This document shows positions 12,486 to 26,168 of a DNA stretch of 64,000 bases, piece by piece. Numbering within the stretch: position 1 is the first letter of the stretch; every line of letters starts with the position of its first letter. Source of the DNA: Octopus sinensis (Eukaryota). The notes under the pieces were generated by a model that made no database searches, had not been told where the DNA came from, and worked only from the letters and a program-made list of their open reading frames with translations. A program made the translations under genes and the position numbers. The stretch spans positions 114,638,001 to 114,702,000 of the forward strand of contig NC_043000.1 in NCBI RefSeq assembly GCF_006345805.1. The letters are read 5' to 3'.

Positions 12486-12637
12486 GATATATATACACAT
12501 ATATAATATATATCGACATAAAAATATATATATATATATATACTATTATATATATATAATATATATAATATATATACATTATAGATATATATATTATATA
12601 TATATATACATATATATATATATACACACATATATAT

Positions 12638-12696
<59 letters not shown>

Positions 12697-12730
12697 CACA
12701 TCACACCACACACACACACACACATATATA
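11988..12730. repeat. Long imperfect (TA)n microsatellite
   Basis: Direct inspection. Confidence 0.95.
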
Positions 12731-13278
12731 TAAAATACAGGTCGTACTGAATCGAGGAAAGCAAGCTAACAGAATTTTTTTAAAAAGCGTTATCTCTATA
12801 TGAATCAATTTCTGGATTAATCCAACGGATTTTCCGCCTCATCAGCAGAGAACACGATAAGAAATAGATGAAATACTTACAAGCACCCATGGAAAAAAGG
12901 TGAAGTAAAAAATTATATGCACACACAAGTACCCCAAATATATCTAAATATAAATTCCATAGCGAGCCTCAGCACACGTGTAAATCGGTCAGGAACCACA
13001 ACTTAGAGTGGTCACTAGTCTCGAAGTGAATGGTAATAAATTTATTTCTGAAAAAATTTCTGTTATCTTGCTTACCCCGATTCAGCACGGCGTGTATTTT
13101 GTAGTGATGTATATTGTATGTGGTGATTGACGATTTAAAGTCTATTTCTCAGCATACTGGCATAGATTTTTTTTTTTTTTGTCCTTATTTATAATTGTTT
13201 GTAATTTTCACCTTAAAAGGTATTTTAAATGCTGGCACTTGATGAAATTTTTTGAAGAAATTTTATCCTATATTAGAA

Positions 13279-13333
<55 letters not shown>

Positions 13334-13334
<1 letters not shown>

Positions 13335-13465
13335 CGGGAAGCTTTATGAAATAAACAAAAGACGAAGGCAGGTGGAATACAAACAAACAATTGTATTAGT
13401 ATGGCGCTCAGGAATATAAATAAAACAAGTCTTTTACGTTTCGAGCCTACGCTCTTCAACAGATA
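13334..13465 (-). mobile_element. Penelope-like terminal fragment with a hammerhead-like motif
   Basis: Reverse complement reads CTGTTGA-A-GAGC-GTAG-GCTC-GAAA-CGTA-AAAG; the 5' arm of stem I is lost to the TA tract. Confidence 0.5.
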
Positions 13466-14074
13466 TATATAGATATAGTTATAGATATAATACATTTATA
13501 CATAAATACATGTATATATAATGTACATACATACATATATATATAATGTACCTATGTGGATGTATCTATACATACATATATATAATTTCATCGAAATCTC
13601 ACCATTGCTAAATTCGCCAGGAACGTACGCATACGCACACCATATATGTATATATATATATATACATACACACATATATATATACATGCATGTATATATA
13701 TATATATATATATATGTATATGTATACCTACGCATTATGCATGTATGTGCGTATGTATGTATATATAATTTAGTTGGCTGAAACTAGCAATAGCGACCCC
13801 TAACCCTCTTGAGCAAAGAAAATGTCTGTAGTTAACCATATTAGATTACCAAATTTAATCAATTCCCTCTTTATTTGGTTCTCTGTACTTTTCTTTCGTT
13901 GAATGCTCTTAATGGATGCAAGCATACATATATGCACTCCCACACTAACACACACATGCATGCATATAGGTATATATGTGTGCATGTTTGTGTGTGTGTG
14001 TGTGTGTGCATATATATGTATTATGTATGTGTGTATATATGTATGCATTATTCAATTTATTTCAAGATTCCTTG

Positions 14075-14545
14075 CCAATAGAAAAGGAACAGGTTTCTAA
14101 CCTAGGTCCAAGGCTCCTTCATTGGAATTTCAACATGAACAGGGTATTTTTGTTTGTCTGTATGTATGTGTGTATATATGTGCAGATTTGTATGTTTTAT
14201 GTATGTATTCTCATGCATATAATTGCATATCTAAACATGCTCATATGGATCTAAATGAAAAACTTCAGGAAAGTTTTACAGATTTTTACAATTCCAGTGA
14301 TGGATTGGATGTGTAGTCTTCGAATTAGCTTTCTCCTTTCTGGTTTTCAGAAGCCTAATTTCTCAAGATTGGTATTTATGCAGTGTGTTACATATCCCAA
14401 GGCCCCAATAATTACAGGTATAAACCTGAACTTGTAATCTGGATAGAGTAACTGCAGATTCCTCAATAGTTCAGCATAGCTGTTCTCTTTTTCCCTGATC
14501 TTCAGCTTTATGTTGACATATGCTGGGCAGCTAATTTCCACAACT
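14075..14545 (-). mobile_element. 5'-truncated REL-class non-LTR retrotransposon 3' end
   Basis: EISCPAYVNIKLKIREKENSY..L...YPDYKFRFIPVIIGALG...GIVKICKTFLKF, a typical REL C-terminus. Confidence 0.7.
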
Positions 14546-15004
14546 GTGCACAGTTTCTCTTCTCTATCCCAAATCGTATATATGTATGTATGTATGTATG
14601 TATGTTTGTATGTTTGTATGTATGCATCTATCTATCCATCTATCCATTTATCTATCTATCACAACATTTTTTTTCTGTTCCGGGCACCAACATCAAGTGG
14701 CCGAGTTTATATTCATATACCATTGTACAAGACCGTTCTATATAATCATTTTATAATTGAACATTTTTCAGCAGCCACCGTGTGTGGTCGCTGAAGCTTT
14801 ATGACAATAGATATTGGGTACTTCTTCTCTTGTTACAAAGTATATGTGTGTATAATATATGCATAGATGTGCATACACACACTCACACACACGCGTACGT
14901 ACACACACACACTCACACATACGCATGAATGTATATATGAGTTCATGTATGTATGTGCGTTATTATTATGTTCATATATATATATATATAGATATATATG
15001 TATG

Positions 15005-15061
<57 letters not shown>

Positions 15062-17016
15062 CGTGTGTGTGTCTGTGTCTGTGTCTGTGTGTGCGTGTGT
15101 GTGTCTAAATTTAGTGTACTCTGTATGACTACCTCAAAGAAAGAAATAACTCATTTCATTTGTAGATAAATATTTTTTCATTAACATTGGAACGTTGCGC
15201 CAGGAACGGGACTCTATAATAATAATGATGATGATGATGACGATGACGACATTAAGAATAAAAATAACATAAAAAGATGACAGTAACTTTGAAGTTTCAT
15301 CAATTATGGCTTTTCAAATTTTATTTGAAGAGATATTAATCATTTAAAAACATGGTAGAGGCATCTAGTATTGAATAAATAAATTTTAATGGTGGACTCC
15401 ATTATCTCTAAAGAATAATACAAAAGAAAGACAATGGAAATGGTCGGTGTTTGTATTCAATAGCTAGTAAAAGGAAAGAGAAACATTAAAGGTAAAATAT
15501 GTATGAAATGAAAGTTGAGTGAAAAATGAAAATGTGGGAGCAAAATTTAATATAATTGTATTTGTATGAATAGTTATGGATACATGCTCTCTATATGTGA
15601 TATGTTAAGTATTCGTAACAAAAATTATTTGGTGAGAGCCAAATAAAAAAGGAAAGGAAATGCAGAGATTTATCTATCTACATATCTAAAAAGCAAATAA
15701 GTAACAAGGAAGTCCAGGTATCAATGCATTACGGCCGTTTCAAGGGGTTACATTTAATCGATCAATAAAAACATTACATCAATTTGAAATAAACCGCTCT
15801 CCTCGGACACAGACGACCATACAGATTTCCAACATAAAGGATAAACCATTATTTTTTTAGCAAATTTTCATCAGTACAAGAGATTAAAATAATTACATTA
15901 TTTCCCTTTGCTATTTTTTGTCGCAGAATGCCGGACACCTTTGTTACTTATTTGCATTTTATTCACCGAACTTCAAGCTGCGCGGATTATACCGAACTTG
16001 CTTGGTGCCTCAATTTAAGTACCTAATTCAACTGAACCTTAATTATTTCTTATCTACCTATCTATCTATCTACTAATTTTATTACATTTTTTAAGAAACA
16101 TTATTACTAGTTATAAATACGTAAAAATGTTCAAAGTGTGAAGTTGAAAAAAGTGCATTTTTCTTTAAAAATATATCAACATTTTTATTGAAATAAATAT
16201 TTCATTTGTATCCAGTTCATAACTTAATTAAGTAACGAAATATCCAGTCAATTTTACATGACATGAAAAACAAAAACTACGTAAAATGTGTTTCATGAAA
16301 TAACAAGGCGATGAATATAAAGTATTTTATGGAATAATGTAAATGTTTTCGCCTTATTTATTCAAAAATCTCACGAAAATCTCCAAAAAAATTACAAAAA
16401 GAAATGTGGTAAACTTTATACAGTGAAGCAACAAAAAAAACCCTTTAATTTTGACTTGATGCATTCAAAAATTATCTTTATGCATAATTTTATTCAGATA
16501 TGTCATGTATAAATAACTGGGGAAAAAATCAAATAAATATGTGATAAAATGTTACTCATGGTTGTTTTTATTATTTTGCTTTATTCTTTTTTTGGATTTG
16601 GTTTGCAAGATTCTTTAAATGAGTTCGTGTGTTGAAGCATATTCTGTTGTGTCTGGGGAAAGTCATTTTCTTTTTGTGCCTTATTATGTAACACACTCAC
16701 CGGTAAAATTTCCACTTTTTTCTTATTTTTATTTTCCTAAAACTTTCGTTGTATCTTGCAATAGTTTTGAGAGACAATTTTCATAGAAAAATTTAAATAT
16801 TATATTTACATTCTACTGCCAGCAATATTGAATAATTGACATTTTGCGTTGGTTGAAATATTTTAACGTTATTTTTTATGTAAAATTCGAAAGTAATTTA
16901 AGATAAACCATTTATGACGCATAGAAGTTGAAAACTAGATTACAGGACTTGGTATACAGACAGGCAAAACAAGTAGCATTTCAAATAAAACTGTGCGCTT
17001 CTATTTATGCTTTGTG

Positions 17017-17045
<29 letters not shown>

Positions 17046-17049
<4 letters not shown>

Positions 17050-17349
17050 AGCACTCCGTCGGTTACGACGTCGAGAGTCCCAGCTGATACGATCAACGGA
17101 ACAGATTGATCGGGAAATTAACGTGCAAGTAGCTGAGCAGTCCACAGACACATGTATCCTTAACGTAGTTCTCAGGAAGATTCAGTGTGACACAGAGTGT
17201 GACAAGGCTGGCCCTTGAAATACAGGTACAACTCATTTTTGTCAGCTGAGTGGACTGGAGCAACGTGAAATAAAGTATCGGCAGAATTTGAACTCACGAC
17301 CTTACGATTGTGAGCCGAATGCCCCAACCACTAAGCCACGCGCCTTCAC
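17046..17349 (-). mobile_element. SINE family D (tRNA head + CORE-like domain)
   Basis: Minus-strand head GTGAAGGCGCGTGGCTTAGTGGTT..GTGAGTTCAAATTC; matches 35375-35700. Confidence 0.85.
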
Positions 17350-17605
17350 ACATACACAAACTATATATATATGTGTGTGTGTGTGTGTGTAAAGAAAGGA
17401 ATGTTCTCGACATTCCTTTCTTAGTGGTAAGAGCATAACGGATCTACTTCTAGCATAATGGATGTCCACGGAGTGGTCATCCTCTTATATGTATGTAATA
17501 TAATTTTTCTGAATCTTCAGATTTTAAGATGCTAGACCACTGGTTTTAAATTGATATTAATCAAGTTAATATTAAATTTTTCACCCTTATTATTTTAAAT
17601 TTAAT

Positions 17606-17691
<86 letters not shown>

Positions 17692-17834
17692 TATATAAGC
17701 TCCTATATATTTAAAACATCACCTATATTTCTTTATATAAGGGCTTTTAAACTTGGCACACAAAGTCTTGACAAATACGAATTATAAATAAAACGGCTGT
17801 GCATTTTAATTTCAGATTTTGATTCAAACCCAAC

Positions 17835-18612
17835 AGTTTTTAGTAAGAGCCTAAGTCGACTACATCGACACCAGTGTTCTACTGGTACTTACTTTATCGA
17901 TTCCGAAAGGATTAAAGGTAAAGTCGACCCCGGCAGAATTTGAACTCGGAATGTGAAGACGGATGAAATGCTGCTAAGCATTTTGTCTGGCGTGCTACCT
18001 TAGTTGTGCATTCCAAATTTTAAAATGTATCTGTGACCGATTCCAGGTTCTACGAAAGGCAGATGGCAGTATGTAGAACAGTGATAAGGAGACGAGCGAG
18101 CGGAATCGCTAGGATGCCGGACGAAATGCTTAGCAGCATTTCTTCCGGTTCTTTACGCTCTGAATTTAAATTTCGTCCAGGTTGACTTTGCCTTTTATCT
18201 TTCCGAGGTTGATAAAATAAATACCTACCAGTTGAGTACTGAAGTCAAAGCGACGGACTTATCCCCTTCTCCGAAATTGCTGGCCTTGTGCCAAAATTTG
18301 AAACCAATATGTAAAACAGTAACACTACTAGTAAAGGGGGAATTTATTTAGATCGAAAATAATGAGGTAAGATTGAAACTGTAAGTCGGGTAATCGAAAG
18401 AAAAAGCAAACATATATCGAGTTAAACTTGAAATTTTAGAGGGGAGCGAGGTTAGTCGATTGCATCGACCCTAGTGCCCAACTGCCACTTATTTTATCGA
18501 CCCTAAAAGGATGGAAAGCACCGTCCATCACAGCGGCTTTTGAACGCAGAACATGAAACTGGGAGTAATGCCGCTGAGCATTTTGTCAGGCACGAAAACG
18601 ATTGTGCAGGCT
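17835..18612. mobile_element. Three old SINE A copies (-, +, -)
   Basis: Degenerate core motifs at about 17835-18000 (-), 18093-18310 (+) and 18430-18612 (-). Confidence 0.65.
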
Positions 18613-18639
18613 CACCGCATTAATAATAATAATAATAAC

Positions 18640-18696
<57 letters not shown>

Positions 18697-18699
<3 letters not shown>

Positions 18700-19016
18700 G
18701 TACCAGTGGTTGTAGGATCTCTAGGAATGATAAAAAAAGGTACTGAAACCTATTTGAAAATGATACCAGGCTTACCATCCCTACAGGAAGTGCAAAAAGT
18801 CGTGTTAACTGGAACGGCCCATGTACTGAGAAGAGCATTATCGCTGTGAAAACAACATCCATTCATGAATTTATTTATTTATTAATTTTTTAAATACATA
18901 TTTTACCTGTGAATTTGCGTGTGTAATCTGGGAATGCATACAATGAGCTTCTCTACCCTAGGTGTACGGAAAACACTCGGCGAGAAACGGAAGAAAATTT
19001 AAAGAAAGAAGGAAAA
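18697..19016 (+). mobile_element. R4/Dong-like element 1, severely 5'-truncated, in (AAT)n
   Basis: VPVVVGSLGMIKK...EVQKVVLTGTAHVLRRALSL* plus a 3' UTR; flanked by AAT repeats on both sides. Confidence 0.8.
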
Positions 19017-19022
19017 ATAATG

Positions 19023-19089
<67 letters not shown>

Positions 19090-19336
19090 TGTGAGCAATG
19101 GACCTTCTGGAAAGTCGTTCTGCATGACAGAAAGAGTAGTTACATCTCTTTTAAATTACAACTAACATCGATGAGGAAGGCCAAATCAAATAGTGTAATT
19201 TTCTATTCGGCTTTCGTTGTGAGCAGCGCTGGAAATTGGTGCCACCCCAGCTCTACATAGGCCTGTGTAACCTCTGAGTCTGTTAAGATAACAATGACAA
19301 ATAATATAAAAATAAATACAGTATCAGTGATATCAG

Positions 19337-19367
<31 letters not shown>

Positions 19368-19379
19368 AATAATAATAAT

Positions 19380-20192
19380 GAAAGGAAGCGGGTGGAATCT
19401 TCCCATGTCCTGATTAATGCTATATCTAGTGATGGTGTCGCAATAAAAACAATGGTAATTGCGCAACCTGATAATCGATACCTCATATGAGCGACAATGA
19501 AAAAACAAAATATTGTGAATAATGGTGGTAATGAAACTGAAGCCATTGATGGTGACAGTGTTGCGCCCGGCAAGCTCAGAGATTCTGGTCCGGCTTCAGC
19601 CTGTCGATATCCAGAAAGGGACCACCACACACGGCGTAGATGGAGCAAGCAAATTAATGCTGTGGTCATGGAGTGTTACTACCTGAGCAACCCTGTAGAT
19701 GAAAATAGTACTCAAATTAGGGGCTACCGACAACGTATGTATGGTCATTGGAGAGAAAAGGGATTGTTTCAACTCACGGAACAGAGATTATTCGGTGCGA
19801 CCATGAGATAGAGAATAAGAAGCCAGACAGCCTTAATTGAGAAAGAAAGCAAACTATGCTGGATCATAGATATAGCATGCCCAGCCGACAACAAGGTATG
19901 CAATAAGGAAGAAAGAAAAGTCAATAGATATGACAGGTTAGCTTTGGAGGTTAAGCAGCTGTGATTTGATGAAAAAGGTGGTAATAGTACTGCGAACAGT
20001 AAGTAAAAATCTTGAGAAGTACATAGAACAAATAGGGGCTTCAATTAGGATGGAGCACTTGCAGAAAACAGCACTACTTGGAACCGCTCGAATACACCGG
20101 AAGGTGCTCGAAAAATAAGAAGCGTTACCTTAGTTCACTGGTAGTGAACAGCTGACACTGTAGTACATCTCCAGCGTTAGAAGCTGTGCAAA

Positions 20193-20194
<2 letters not shown>
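19380..20194 (+). mobile_element. R4/Dong-like element 2, internally deleted (5' end and N-terminus fused to the endonuclease C-terminus, no RT)
   Basis: N-terminal RRRWSKQINAVVMECYYLSNP...GYRQRM...TEQRL is joined at about 19790 to RCDHEIENKKPD..CWIIDIACPAD...LQKTALLGTARI; AAT repeats on both sides. Confidence 0.8.
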
Positions 20195-20261
<67 letters not shown>

Positions 20262-22039
20262 GGAATATTCCAGGGAGACACGCTCTCTCCACTCCTTTTC
20301 TGCTTGGCACTGTCACCTCTATCGGATATGCTAAATAGCACTGGATGCGGATATAAATGTTACGGCAAAACGATCAGCCACCTTTTATATATGGATGACC
20401 TAAAACTATACGCTGCAAATTACAAACAGCAGGAAACACTATTAAAGACAGTTCATGGATTTACCAAAGAAATAGATATGAAATTTGGATTAGGAAAATG
20501 CGCCAAAGTAACCCTGAAAAGAGGAAAACTAGTTAAGAGTAGCAACATCACACTAGATAAAACCAATGAAATAAAAGAATTAGACCAAAGCCAAACTTAC
20601 AAATACTTAGGAATCCATGAACTAGATAAGACACAACACACACAAATGAAAGAGAAAATAAAAAAAGAATATTATAGACGAGTTAGATCAATACTAAAAA
20701 CAGAGCTCAATGCTAAAAACAAGATAATAGGTATTAACACTTAAGCTGTCCCAGTTATAAGTTACAGCTACGATATCCTTAACTGGACACTAAAGGAACT
20801 GACCAAAATAGATAGGAGAACAAGAAAAATAATGACAGGATCTAGGATGCATCACCCAAAATCTGACATAGAAAGACTATATATACAACGTATAGAAGGT
20901 GGTAGAGGCCTTATACAACTGGAAAACTACTATAAAATAACCACCATAGGATTGCAAAAATATCTACTTCAGAAAGAAGGAAAACTGATACAAATAGCGG
21001 CAAAACACGAGCAAAACAAAAAACTGTTCTCAGTATTTAAGGAAGCTGACAAATACAAACAAGAAATCATACCACCTAATAAATATGAAGAAGAAGAAGA
21101 TGAAGAAACAACAAAAGCTATAAAACAAATGAAATCCAAACTAAAAATAGAACAGCAACGAACCATGATAAAACGATGGCAAGAAAAGCCCCTTCATGGT
21201 AAATACTGGACTAAACTAAACGCAAAAGAAATAGACAAAGAAAAATCCCAGCAATGGTTGAGAAGCTCAGGACTCAAAGCAGAAACAGGGATTTTTAATT
21301 GCAGCACAAGACCAAAGCCTCCCCACCAGAAATTACCAAAAACATGTAATGAAAAGAAATATAACAAGTAACTGCAGAATATGTGGAGATGGACAAGAAA
21401 CAATAAATCATATTATCTCTAGCTACCCAGTCCTGGCTAAGAAGGAATATATTCACAGACATGACAGAGTTGGAACCTACATACATTGGAAGCTATGCCA
21501 ACATTATGGAATAACAACAGAAAAAAGATGGTATAGGCACACACCAGAAAAGGTCACAGAAAACGAGAAAGCAACCATACTCTGAGATATGCCGATACAC
21601 ACAGATAGAGAAATTAAGGCCAACAGACCAGATATAGTTGTCAAAGATCATGAAGAAAAAAAATGCTTTCTAATTGATGTATCAATACCGGCTGATGACA
21701 ACGTGTCTCTAAAAGAAATGGAGAAACTCTCAAAATACAAAGACCTGGAAATAGAGGTAACCAGAATGTAGAATCTAAAAACAGAAACAATTCCTATCAT
21801 AGTAGGTGCATTAGGCATGATAAAAAAATATTCAGACAAATACATAGCAAAAACACCAGGATTTACAAACACATATAACATACAGAAAATTGCACTACTA
21901 GGCACTGCACACATCCTACGCAGAACACTTTCCATACAATAACCATCAGAGCATCACAACAAATCACAGCACATACCCAAGGCACACAGAGCTGCGCTCG
22001 GTAGTGAAGTGAAAGCACGCTATAAAAATAAAACTACTG
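20262..22039 (+). mobile_element. R4/Dong-like element 3, 5'-truncated within RT, decayed
   Basis: GIFQGDTLSPLLF, LLYMDDLKLY, CRICG..ETINHII, RHDRV, ANRPDIV...IDVSIP, IIVGALG, LLGTAHILRR; stops at 20742, 21583 and 21769 and a frameshift near 21290; flanked by (AAT)n. Confidence 0.92.
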
Positions 22040-22077
22040 AATAATAATAATAATAATATAATAATAATAATAATAAT

Positions 22078-22127
<50 letters not shown>

Positions 22128-22129
22128 CT

Positions 22130-22640
22130 TTACCAGTTGAGTTTTGTGTGTCAATTGTTTGACCGTAACCAGTTGAACTAGCCCCGTTGCAATACTGGCT
22201 CTTGTAGTTTCTGATCTTAACTGATTGAAAGAGTTATCGTGTACATGTTTTGTCTTGAAATAAAAGATGAGTTACAGTAAATATTCTGTTCAATATCATA
22301 GATTTGCTTGTCAGTTATTTGACCTTAACCAGTCGAGCATTCCTCCCTCGGTGGCTGATCACGAGCAGAAGTAGTTGGGGAGCATCATAGCCATGCGTTG
22401 AAAAGTATTCTTTGATGTTTGAATAATTCAGCTCTGGAAATATGAGTGTTTTGTTCAACATCCTTAAACAAACCTTATTCATGGTTCTTTTGAGCGGGAT
22501 GGACTCCTCAACCTCAAGACAATTCTAACTGGGCCTCACCTGCAAGGTCATGCGCTGTTTATCTTGATATGAGATCACCATGTTGGTCACATATGGTTGT
22601 GATGCATGTAACTGGTATACCCTTATCGGACGGGTAGTCA
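22130..22640 (-). repeat. Unclassified dispersed repeat (family E)
   Basis: Reverse-complement similarity to 51130-51575; strand is arbitrary. Confidence 0.65.
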
Positions 22641-22699
22641 TGATGGGTGTAAATCGATCTTTATGTGGTTCAACGTGTTCGCAGCCAATCGATATTCGT

Positions 22700-22925
22700 C
22701 CCACTTTGTAGTGGCCCACGCCTTGCTTTCGTATCAGAACGCTGGTAGGACGGTGCTATTAAAGAGACTGACATGTAGGGCTTTTCCCACTCATCTTTAG
22801 CGTTCATATCTCTGTGCATGTTCACTATGTGCCTTAAGCAGACATGACCCTTTACTTCCTCCATTGCATTGTTTCCTACCTCTATTCGACCTTGTGCTGC
22901 GTTTTCGACCTGCGTGTATTTTGTT
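22700..22925 (-). mobile_element. Possible highly decayed RTE RT fragment
   Basis: IEVGNNAMEEVKGHVCLRHIVNMHRDM resembles the RTE motif I.l.g..lEeV..yvYLG..inm..d. Confidence 0.35.
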
Positions 22926-23252
22926 TACATGCAGTTCACTTTAAGGCCTACACACACACGCACAGACACATGCACGCACGCAAAGACACACCACACCACA
23001 CCACACCAAACCACACGCACGCACGCACGCACGCAAAGACACACACACCACACCAAACCAAACCACACACACGCACGCATTTGCATATAGATGTGTGTAT
23101 GTATGTGTGTATGCCTATATGCAGAGTGATTGACAGACATTGATATGGATATATATGTGTATGCGCATACATGTGTGTGTGTAAAAGTGTGTATGCATAT
23201 GTGTATGTGTGAGTGTGTGTGTGTATGCCTGTGTGTGTCTGTGTGTATGCCT

Positions 23253-23289
<37 letters not shown>

Positions 23290-23919
23290 TCACATTTAGC
23301 TCACATTTCTCGTAAGTCGAGCGACCAAGTAGAAACTACCCCAAACCATTTTTAGGTTGCTATTTATTTCTCTTTACTGCACCTTTTCCACTCTCTGAAG
23401 CTTTCTCTTCTACCACCCCTTTTCTTTGTTTCTTTATTTCCTTTCTTGAACTGAATATAAATTCCCTCTCCATTTCTACCCACCCAGAATCTCTTCCACT
23501 CCCTTCTTTATCTCACCCTCGACATTTTTGTGACCTTACCCTCACTCTCATTCATTCGTTCGCTCGTTCATTCATTTATTCCTTTATTCTCTCCCTTTTT
23601 GCCTGCTACTTCACTCACCGTCTCATATTTCTACAGCATGACAGAACTACCAAGCATAAATGAGTGTGACATGACCTTAAATGCATACATACATGATGGC
23701 TGCCCCCTCGTTATCGAGTATGGCCATTGCACGAAGCTTAACTGTTATTGGTGCTGTGATCGAATGTAACTTTTTAGCCCAGCTAAAGATCTACAATGTC
23801 TTGTACAGAATTGGCAGCTAAAACCTTTACCGGCAATAGCCGGCTGGCTGTAGTTGTAACTGGGCTTCATGTACCTTTGCATGTCGTTTATACATACATA
23901 CATACATACATACATACAT

Positions 23920-24326
23920 AATGATGGCCGTCCACTCGTGACCGAGGAAGACCATTGTTGACCTTTAGGAATATTGTGAGATTTGGAACTAACTTATATT
24001 TTGCATTTGCAGCTCTGTTGGTGGCTAATGAGCCCGGCTCTTGACAAGTATACATGACTGCAAACATTGCAAACCAAGCTTTCCCCCGTTCACTACTCCA
24101 GCAGTGCGTTTTCGAGCAGCACGCTTAAATTCTTCAAGCAGAATACGTGCTCTCTCAAAGGCGTCGAACCCCGCTCCTTAACCTGCTTCTTCAATCTGTG
24201 GCGATGACAAGCATTGCTCTCCCAGTCGGTCTCCTGCATATCACAGGCCTTTAATAAGGACTTGACTCAGTCCTTAAATCGCAGCCTTGGTTTCTGCCGA
24301 GGTCTCTTTCCACTAACAAGTTCCCC
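23920..24326 (-). mobile_element. RTE/BovB-like LINE 3' fragment
   Basis: GELVSGKRPRQKPRLRFKD...DWE...CNVCS..YLSRAGLISH. Confidence 0.75.
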
Positions 24327-24527
24327 ATATACACATACATACATACATACATACATACATACATACATACATACATACATACATACACACACATACGCAC
24401 ATAGATACATACATACATACACACTCACACGCACACATACATACATACATACACACACACATACACATACATACATACATACACACACATACGCACACAG
24501 ATACATACATACATACACACACATACA

Positions 24528-24561
<34 letters not shown>

Positions 24562-24776
24562 CATACATACATACATAGTTTACAGTTCCGTTAAGGTAAT
24601 ATCAACGAAAACAGTACTCCATAAGGTGAGACATAAGTACTGTTTAATGAGCACAGTAAATAGTTATGAGCTACCAAAAGTTTCATACTTCATTGAGGAT
24701 CTTATCTAGGCAGATTTAAAAATACGCCTTGTGTCTCCAAGAAATCTTCAGAGTCTGGACACATGTCCTATACAAT

Positions 24777-25070
24777 GGAGGCACATGGCGCAGTGGTTAG
24801 AGCAGCGGACTCACGGTCGAGGGATCACGGGTTCGAATCTCAGATCGAGTGATGTGTGTGTTTATGAGCGAAACACCTAAGCTCCAAGCCGCTCTGGCAG
24901 AAGGTAATGGCGAACTTCTGCTGACTCTTTCACCACAACTTTCTCTCACTCTTTCCTCCTGCATCTTGCAGCTCACCTGCGACGGACCAGCGTCCCGTCC
25001 AGGTGGGGAACCTATACGCCAAGGAAACCGGGAAACCGGCCCTTATGAGCCAGGCATGACTCGAGAAGAA
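24777..25070 (+). mobile_element. SINE family C (tRNA head + V-like domain)
   Basis: A box TGGCGCAGTGG, B box GGTTCGAATCT, V-domain-like CCTGCGACGGACCAGCGTCCCGTCCAGG. Confidence 0.8.
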
Positions 25071-25511
25071 ACAAACAAACAAAACAAACTATACAAGTTA
25101 CAGATCAGGACAAAAGAATAAGAGAAATCACGAGAAAAATACGATGAAGGCGGGTTCAAAAGGGTGAAAGAAACGTATATTTTGTATGTATGCATATATA
25201 TTCTATTGTAAGTATGTATGTACTCGTAAATGTATATGTAACTATGTATGTACATATATTCTTTTCTTTCGTTCTCTTGTTGGTTTCAATCAGGGCCAGT
25301 AACCATGCGAGGGCACTGCCATCAATGGTTATGCTTGTTTCTTTTAAAACGCATTTTTCGGCCCTGTCTCCACAATCGGCCTCGGTGAAGTGTAGAATGG
25401 AACAAACCTGCCCTTCATTGCGTTTCTTGCCGCGATGTGGATTCGCCTGGTATCGCAGGTGATAGATAAGCGGTTTTACATACACACACACGCACGCACG
25501 CACACACATAT

Positions 25512-25576
25512 AAATATATGCATATATGAATACATGTGTATGCATGTATATGTACATACATATAATAAAACAAATA

Positions 25577-25636
<60 letters not shown>

Positions 25637-26099
25637 ATATATAAGTAAATAAATGGTACAACGAGGTACCGATTTACTGGAAAATAGCGATCGTAATAAA
25701 TACGACGCTATTGTATAGCTTCACTGCGTATATACTAGCAAAGACGTGCGTGTGCAACAAACATGAAAAAAATTGTCTTACCTCTAGGAAGAACATCTGA
25801 AAAATGAAAAACCTAGAAACGGATAATGCAGGACCGGTTTCAGACTCTTCAAATACGTTTGACAACGTAGATTTGATTTGTCTTCATCAGCTGCATATAC
25901 CTAGACAAAATTTCAAATGTTGCCACATCTATGCCAGTACACTCGTCTGAACGCCAAAACACCTAATATTATTATTATTTGAGGGAATAAAATCATATTT
26001 ATATATTATTATATATATATAATATAAATAATATATAATATATGCATATATGAATACATGTGTATGCATGTATATGTACATACATATAATAAAACAATA

Positions 26100-26168
<69 letters not shown>

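Noticed and set aside
12046-12631. Long Y/I/H/T/C/V-rich ORFs here and at 29.5-30.3, 55.6-56.5 and 58.3-59.0 kb
   Set aside because: Translations of TA/CA/TG microsatellites, which lack stop codons in some frames.
24777-24850. tRNA genes at SINE heads (also 27725, 35630-35700 and 50300-50370)
   Set aside because: A and B boxes are present, but there is no complete cloverleaf and each continues into a SINE body.
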